A program made the translations under genes and the position numbers. DNA of 64,000 nucleotides from Pseudomonadota bacterium (GTDB lineage: Bacteria > Pseudomonadota > Gammaproteobacteria > Ga0077536), in contig JAYYZW010000092.1 in the NCBI GenBank assembly GCA_036339995.1, positions 3,116 to 67,115 on the forward strand. The letters are read 5' to 3'. The first letter of the stretch is position 1. Each line of letters opens with the position of its first letter. This document shows, piece by piece, positions 58,519 to 64,000 of the stretch. The notes under the pieces are model-generated. The model had not been told where the DNA came from and made no database searches. It worked only from the letters and a program-made list of their open reading frames with translations.

Positions 58519-59967
58519 ATGGGTGTATGCACGGGTGTTGAGTATCTGGAACGGCTGCGCGACGGGCGCGAAGTTTGGATTGAGGGTGAACGCGTGAAGG
58601 ACGTGACGGCGCACGCGGGACTCAAACGCGGGGCGCAGACAATGGCGCGCCTGCTCGACCGGCAGCACGAATCGGATTTTGCCGACATACTTACTTATGC
58701 CGAGGCCGGCAGTGACGAGCGCTACGCGATGTCCTTTCTACCACCCCGAACCAGAGAGGACGTCCTCGCGCGCGGCCGCGCATTTTATGACTGGGCCAAA
58801 TGGTCCAATGGCATGCTCGGGCGGACACCCGATTACCTGAACGCCTCGTTCACGGCATTCGCGGGCGCCGCCGATTTTTTCGCCGAGTGCCGCGACGACT
58901 TCGCTGGCAACGTGCGCGCTTATTACGAAAAGATCCGTAACAAGGACCTGGTGTTGACGCACACCCTCGTCAATCCGCAGGTGAACCGTCGCATCACGGC
59001 GACCGGTCTTGCAAGCGAAGAAGTCGCCCTGCGCGTCGTCGACGAGACCGACGCGGGTCTCATCGTCAAGGGCGCGCGTCTGCTCGCCACACTCGGCCCA
59101 TTATCCGACGAGATCGCTGTCTTTCCCTCGACCCTGCTCAAGGCGGCGCCGGAAACCAAGCCGTATGCCCTCGCGTTCGCGGTTGCCAACGATACGCCCG
59201 GCATGAAATACATCTGCCGCGACTCCTACGACGAAGGAAAATCCTTGTTCGACGCACCGCTGTCCGGCCGCTTCGAGGAGATGGATTGTGTCGTCATATT
59301 CAACGACGTCCTGGTTCCCTGGGAACGCGTGTTTCTATATGACGCGCCTGAGTTGTGCAATCGCGCTTATGCCGACACCAGCGCGGTCGTCCACATGATG
59401 CATCAAGTGGTATGCAAGAACCTCGCGAAGGCCGAGTTCATCGTGGGCTTGTTATGCGCGATGACCCGGGCTAACGAACGCGATCACGACGGCACCGTGC
59501 AGGGGCAAATCGCGGAGGCGATGTGGATTGCCGAGACGATGCGCGCCCTGCTTTTCAGTGCAGAGCAGCAGGCTGAAGAAGACTCGCGGGGTTTCTACGC
59601 GCCGCAGCGTCGCCCACTCGACACGGCGCGCAACCTGTTTCCAAAAATGTATCCGCGGTTGGTCGAAATCGTGCAACTGCTCGGTTCGAGTTCGCTAATG
59701 GCGACACCGTGCGAAGCCGACCTCAACAACGCGCTGGCCAGCGACGTCGAGCAATACTTTCAGCTCGCCAATCTCGAAAGCCGCGACCGGATCGCGTTGT
59801 TTCGTCTCGCCCACGACGTGGCGGTCTCGAGTTTCGGCGGGCGCCAACAACTCTACGAACGATTCTTCTTCGGGCCGCAGAACGTAATGGCGTCGATTTT
59901 CTACAAGCTTTACGATAAGGATTCCCTGATCGGCCGGGTCAATGAGCTACTGACACGCAGCGCTTAA
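58519..59967 (+). CDS. hpaB: 4-hydroxyphenylacetate 3-monooxygenase, oxygenase component
   Basis: TGVEYLERLRDGREVW, GRTPDYLN, THTLVNPQ, GARLLATL, RFEEMD, LYERFFFG. Confidence 0.92.
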   Translation: MGVCTGVEYLERLRDGREVWIEGERVKDVTAHAGLKRGAQTMARLLDRQHESDFADILTYAEAGSDERYAMSFLPPRTREDVLARGRAFYDWAKWSNGMLGRTPDYLNASFTAFAGAADFFAECRDDFAGNVRAYYEKIRNKDLVLTHTLVNPQVNRRITATGLASEEVALRVVDETDAGLIVKGARLLATLGPLSDEIAVFPSTLLKAAPETKPYALAFAVANDTPGMKYICRDSYDEGKSLFDAPLSGRFEEMDCVVIFNDVLVPWERVFLYDAPELCNRAYADTSAVVHMMHQVVCKNLAKAEFIVGLLCAMTRANERDHDGTVQGQIAEAMWIAETMRALLFSAEQQAEEDSRGFYAPQRRPLDTARNLFPKMYPRLVEIVQLLGSSSLMATPCEADLNNALASDVEQYFQLANLESRDRIALFRLAHDVAVSSFGGRQQLYERFFFGPQNVMASIFYKLYDKDSLIGRVNELLTRSA

Positions 59968-60005
59968 CGCACGGGAGTCGAGCCGTTTAGCTAAAGCTCT
60001 TTAGT

Positions 60006-60149
60006 TAGTGTCCATCCATAAACGTCATTATTTCTCACGCCAAGACGCAAAGACGCCAAGCAAGCAGTTCGTATGAATTTAAAAACAAGCACTTATCACT
60101 TTGCGATCTTTGCGTCTAGGCGAGAGTTACTCTGTCTGTATGGACACTA
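60006..60149. mobile_element. MITE-like palindromic element
   Basis: TIRs TAGTGTCCAT/ATGGACACTA; TAGTTAG occurs at both ends; nested inverted repeat CGCCAAGACGCAAAGA ... TCTTTGCGTCTAGGCG. Confidence 0.6.
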
Positions 60150-60175
60150 GTTAGACGTCCAGAAACACAATATAA

Positions 60176-60304
60176 GGTGCCATCAAGTTAACTGGGTTTG
60201 TTCGTATTCGAGGCAAATTTGATTCTAGCCGGCATCAAAAAATGAGCGTTGGGTGGCGCCGCGATCGGTAAAATCGCCATGGGATCAGTTAACTTGACAG
60301 GACC
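60176..60304. mobile_element. MITE-like element with IS6-like terminal inverted repeats
   Basis: GGTGCCATCAAGTTAACTG (60176-60194) vs CAGTTAACTTGACAGGACC (60286-60304), 16/19 match; 129 bp, no ORF. Confidence 0.65.
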
Positions 60305-60520
60305 CGCCGTTCTATTCGACGCTTGAGCGCGTCATTTCTTTGCTATCGCTCTGGCCGCCGCACATGTGATTAATCATGAGACAGGTTCTAGTGAGCCAGC
60401 GCATTTTCTGTTCGAGTACATGATGGCACCGAGCAGTATTAAGCAGCGCTTTGCGCGCTCGCTCTACAAGTGGCTACCAGGCCTCTGCCCCGAGTTTATC
60501 TGCTTGCCGGGGAGACCGGC

Positions 60521-61567
60521 ATGAGCTGGAAACACAAAGCGGTGCGATGGCTGCTGCAACCGTCATTGCTGCAACGCCTGGTATTTCAATTCCCGTTGTT
60601 AGCGGGCGAGCGCTTGCGACGTTACCCGGCAGCGTCGGCCGAACTCGCCAACAGCGCGATCATGAAACAGTGGTGGTATTATTCGATTGAAATGCTTCCC
60701 GGGCAGATGAGCGATGGGATCTACCCATCCGAGTTGCCATTCCTGCCGCGCATACTGCTCGCCAATGCCGGCCTCGAGGACCAGGATTGCCTGGACCTCG
60801 GGTCGATGGAGGGCCTGTTGCCAGTACTGATGTGTCGCCGAGGCGCACGCCGCGTGCTCGCGACGGATGCGGTATTCCACTGTTACAGAAAACTGCTTGC
60901 GGTTCAGCATTACCATAAGGTTCGATTTGGATTCCAGCAGGTAGGCAGCATGTACCAACTGGCCGACAAGCTCGGCCGCGCCGGTACCCGAACCTTCGAC
61001 CTGATCAACGTATCTGGACTGCTCTACCACGTATTCTCGCCGATGCTCGTGATCGGCGGTGTCCGACCGCTGCTCAAGACCAATGGCCTAATGATAGTCT
61101 CGACCAACGTCGTCGAAACGCCTGGCTACGGGATGGAATTTAACGAAGGCGGTCGCTTTCAGCCGGAGGCCAATACCTTCTGGTACCTGAGCGTGCCAAT
61201 GATTGATTACCTGCTCCGCTACTTCTGCCTGCAACCGATCGACTGCCTGTACCTGCGCCGACCGGCCGGTGAACACGGCAATATCCGCAATGGCTACCTG
61301 TCCGTGGTCTGTCGCGCAACTGATGACCTGGCCTTGCCTGTCGACGATGGCTGGGCAGTGGCTTCCAGAGACAAGGCCTGGGAATATCTCGACGCAGTGG
61401 ATCGCAGCCCATGGCGTAGCCGCCGTGCTTCCGAAATCGGATACCGTCACTCGCACGCCGATGCGCAGCCCTCGATTCAAGTACAGGACATCTACCTGGA
61501 CAGACAACTGCTGAGCACCGGGAACGCACAGCAATCACATCACTTGAAACTGGATGACGATGCCTGA
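60521..61567 (+). CDS. class I SAM-dependent methyltransferase (CmoB/DUF1698-like)
   Basis: WYYSIEM, CLDLGSMEG, FDLINVSGLLYH. Start uncertain. Confidence 0.75.
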   Translation: MSWKHKAVRWLLQPSLLQRLVFQFPLLAGERLRRYPAASAELANSAIMKQWWYYSIEMLPGQMSDGIYPSELPFLPRILLANAGLEDQDCLDLGSMEGLLPVLMCRRGARRVLATDAVFHCYRKLLAVQHYHKVRFGFQQVGSMYQLADKLGRAGTRTFDLINVSGLLYHVFSPMLVIGGVRPLLKTNGLMIVSTNVVETPGYGMEFNEGGRFQPEANTFWYLSVPMIDYLLRYFCLQPIDCLYLRRPAGEHGNIRNGYLSVVCRATDDLALPVDDGWAVASRDKAWEYLDAVDRSPWRSRRASEIGYRHSHADAQPSIQVQDIYLDRQLLSTGNAQQSHHLKLDDDA

Positions 61568-62945
61568 TCCGCACAAAAAAGTTGCCGTGGTTGGCAGCAA
61601 TCTGTGCAACCTGATCTTCATGCTGGAGAACCAGGCACAGCCGGTTTGTGACATCAGCTATTTCGGCGACCCGGAGTTGCCTACCGGTCATTTTTCCGGC
61701 CTGCGCATCGCGGAAATCGACGCAGTGGTCGACCTCGGCATGGTGTTGTTCGAATTCGAATCGTACCGGCAGATGGCCAAGCTTGACGTGGCAGAGTACC
61801 AGCTGGAGACCCCCTGCGACTCGGGCCGATTCAGTGCCAGACTCGAGGCTTATTTCAACGAACTGGGCTTTAGCTTTGTCGTGACCGCGCCGCTGTTGAG
61901 TTGGTACCAGGGCGAACTCCAACCCGACGTTGTGATTGCCAATCACCTCGACTTGCTCGAGCTTATGCCGAGTGGTGTTCGCGTCCAGGTAAAAAATGAA
62001 TTGCGGCAGCTCACCGAACGGGCGGAGGACCCCCTCCACCCCCGGCGCAAGACGCTTTGGTCAACAGACAGGCCGGTCGATCTCGCCGCGGCGCTGCGCA
62101 GCAGCAGCGGTCCTACCTTGAGCGAGCACCTCTGGCTTCCCTACTGCAGAAACTTTGGTGTTGATGACGCCAGCCAGATCGACGGCCGGCTGCACCGCTC
62201 GATATGGCTGCCCTTGTTTTACCCCGAATCACTGCTGGAGTACCTGGAGTCCGGCAGACAAAACTTCGCGCCATCATGCTTTCACCGGCCGGAAGGGATG
62301 AACACCGCGCAGCTCATACGCCAACTGTCAGGACGCGTGCAACTTGATGCGCTTGCCGAGGTAAATCCGCTCGATGTCGAACACCCGATTGATCAACAGC
62401 GACTGCAAAAGTTCGACTTTGTATTGTTTGGCGCCAGTGCCTCATTTCTACCGGCACCCGGATTCGAGCCGGCAACGCCCCAGGACTGCGGCAGTATCGT
62501 ACTGCACTACCTGGAATTCACGAACCCTGCCCCGATCGACTTCCAGGTGATCAACGTGCTGGACCCCGATCTGTGTATCTACCGCCTGTCACGTGTATTC
62601 GTTAGCGCCGAGGTGGAACTGCTCTGTGTTGAACAACGTTACAATGAGGACACGGATCTGGCGAGCCACCAGCAGCTCGTCGGTGAAGAACTGCGAAAAT
62701 TCGGGTTATACAACGGCTCGCCGCCTGCCAGTCCACTGAAAAGCATCGTTGCCAAAGGCGCGTTGAAGTTGCCCAGCTTTGCCAACGCTGCCGCTTCGGC
62801 GAGCGAGCGAGAGGCACTGGGCCATTGTCACGCCAGCCTACACACCACCGGGGCCAACGCACCCTATGGCTCTCGCTCCTTCAATGATCAGTGCATTCAT
62901 GCGCTGCAGCTCTTCCAGTTGATCGCCGGAAACCATGCGCGATAG
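61554..62945 (+). CDS. hypothetical protein, possibly a degenerate FAD-dependent oxidoreductase fold
   Basis: Long ORF overlapping both neighbours; KKVAVVGS...GHFSG...VDLGMVLFE resembles flavoprotein N-termini but lacks a full GxGxxG. Confidence 0.6.
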   Translation: MTMPDPHKKVAVVGSNLCNLIFMLENQAQPVCDISYFGDPELPTGHFSGLRIAEIDAVVDLGMVLFEFESYRQMAKLDVAEYQLETPCDSGRFSARLEAYFNELGFSFVVTAPLLSWYQGELQPDVVIANHLDLLELMPSGVRVQVKNELRQLTERAEDPLHPRRKTLWSTDRPVDLAAALRSSSGPTLSEHLWLPYCRNFGVDDASQIDGRLHRSIWLPLFYPESLLEYLESGRQNFAPSCFHRPEGMNTAQLIRQLSGRVQLDALAEVNPLDVEHPIDQQRLQKFDFVLFGASASFLPAPGFEPATPQDCGSIVLHYLEFTNPAPIDFQVINVLDPDLCIYRLSRVFVSAEVELLCVEQRYNEDTDLASHQQLVGEELRKFGLYNGSPPASPLKSIVAKGALKLPSFANAAASASEREALGHCHASLHTTGANAPYGSRSFNDQCIHALQLFQLIAGNHAR

Positions 62946-63675
62946 AAAAGAAAAAATCGAGGAACTGGAACAGATTGCCTCGAGCTATCACCTGAGTGCA
63001 GAACAGCCGGACCTGTTTATAGAAAATGCCTGCCAGGAACATTGTTGCGACTGGATTGAGCAGTTGATTCCCGCGCAAAGCCTGGTCCTGGAGCTTGGCT
63101 TCGGTGATGGCATCGTAACCGCACGAATCAGCCAACAGGCACGTCAGTACGATATCGTCGAGGGCGCCACGCTCATTGCCGCCAAAGCACGGCAGGCCTA
63201 CCCCGAGGCGCAGGTCTTTCACGAGTTGTTCGAGCACTTCGTAGCGCCGATCCAATACGATTACATTCTTGCGGGCCACGTGCTCGAGCACGTGGATTCA
63301 CCGGTCGAGCTGCTCAAGCGCATGCGCGGTTGGCTGACGCCTCAGGGCCGTATTATCGTCGTGGTGCCGAACGCCGAATCAATTCACCGTCAACTGGCGG
63401 TACTGATGGGCATTCAGCCTGAACTTGACAGCCTGTCCTCGCGTGATGGACTGGTGGGGCACCAGCGGGTTTATGACGCAGAGCGCATTCGTGCGGATTT
63501 CGTCGAAGCGGGCTACCGTGTCGAAGAAGAGCGGGGCTTCTTTCTCAAGGCGCTACCGAATGGCATGATGCTCGATTACTCTGCGGAATTGATCGACGCC
63601 CTGAACAGGATCTCTGCGCGACTTCCGCCGAGAATGCTCGCAAACTTGGGCTTTGTCATCGCTGCCGATGGATAG
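62935..63675 (+). CDS. class I SAM-dependent methyltransferase
   Basis: VLELGFGDG, YDYILAGHVLEHV, VVVPNA. Confidence 0.9.
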   Translation: MRDRKEKIEELEQIASSYHLSAEQPDLFIENACQEHCCDWIEQLIPAQSLVLELGFGDGIVTARISQQARQYDIVEGATLIAAKARQAYPEAQVFHELFEHFVAPIQYDYILAGHVLEHVDSPVELLKRMRGWLTPQGRIIVVVPNAESIHRQLAVLMGIQPELDSLSSRDGLVGHQRVYDAERIRADFVEAGYRVEEERGFFLKALPNGMMLDYSAELIDALNRISARLPPRMLANLGFVIAADG

Positions 63676-64000
63676 ACTCGAGATCGTGTGCTGCCATCTC
63701 GACGAGGCCAGTATTCGCGCCGGCGATCGGATCGACTACTGGGAAGAACTCGAACGCGATGGCGCGTCGTGTCTGTACAGTACGCCGACTTTTCATCAGC
63801 TCCATTACCAGTTTACCGAACGGCTGGTGTTGGTGCTCTTTGTTGATACCAATACTCGCCCATTGGCACTGCTCGTCGGTGGCATCAGTAACGGGCAGCT
63901 GCGATTCCCGTATTCGGCGCCGTTTGCGCGCATCGAGTTTGAAGCCGACACCACCCTGGAGACTCGACAGGCCTGTTACCGGCAGTTGCCGGCAATCGCC
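63668..64000 (+). CDS. probable GNAT/FemAB-like protein, truncated by the window end
   Basis: Open frame MDRLEIV...LYSTPTFHQLH...ALLVGGISNGQLRFPYSAPFA overlapping the previous stop. Confidence 0.55.
   Translation, partial: MDRLEIVCCHLDEASIRAGDRIDYWEELERDGASCLYSTPTFHQLHYQFTERLVLVLFVDTNTRPLALLVGGISNGQLRFPYSAPFARIEFEADTTLETRQACYRQLPAIA

Noticed and set aside
59962-60156. Possible integron attC site (GCTTAAC ... GTTAGAC)
   Set aside because: The span of ~195 bp is too long, the inner L boxes are not evident, and there is no integrase or second attC. A MITE-like element explains the symmetry better.

Overview
This 64-kb window is GC-rich bacterial DNA, probably proteobacterial (inferred from gene content and GTAG-type REP repeats). 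It is a mosaic of catabolic genes: three acyl-CoA dehydrogenases, three amidases, three SDRs, a crotonase, a CoA ligase, a P450, a TauD/TfdA dioxygenase, a two-subunit N,N-dimethylformamidase-like enzyme and a 4-hydroxyphenylacetate/homoprotocatechuate (hpa) cluster. The ORF track misses or splits two probable UGA-recoded selenoproteins: an AhpD/CMD-like CxxU protein at 10937-11497 (-) with a SECIS-like hairpin, and a SelW/Rdx CxxU protein at 37037-37255 (+). The window also opens in the 3' half of a UGSC-family (seleno)protein. The hpa cluster is unusual: it has a two-subunit LigA/LigB-type dioxygenase and two HpaR paralogs, each with a nearby perfect TTAA-N4-TTAA palindrome. Other features are three MITE-like elements, dispersed REP repeats, several 3'-end gene remnants at module junctions, one frameshifted gene, and a methyltransferase/GNAT block running off the right end. 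I found no rRNA, tRNA, CRISPR array or intact transposase. All family assignments come from motif recognition by eye, not database searches.
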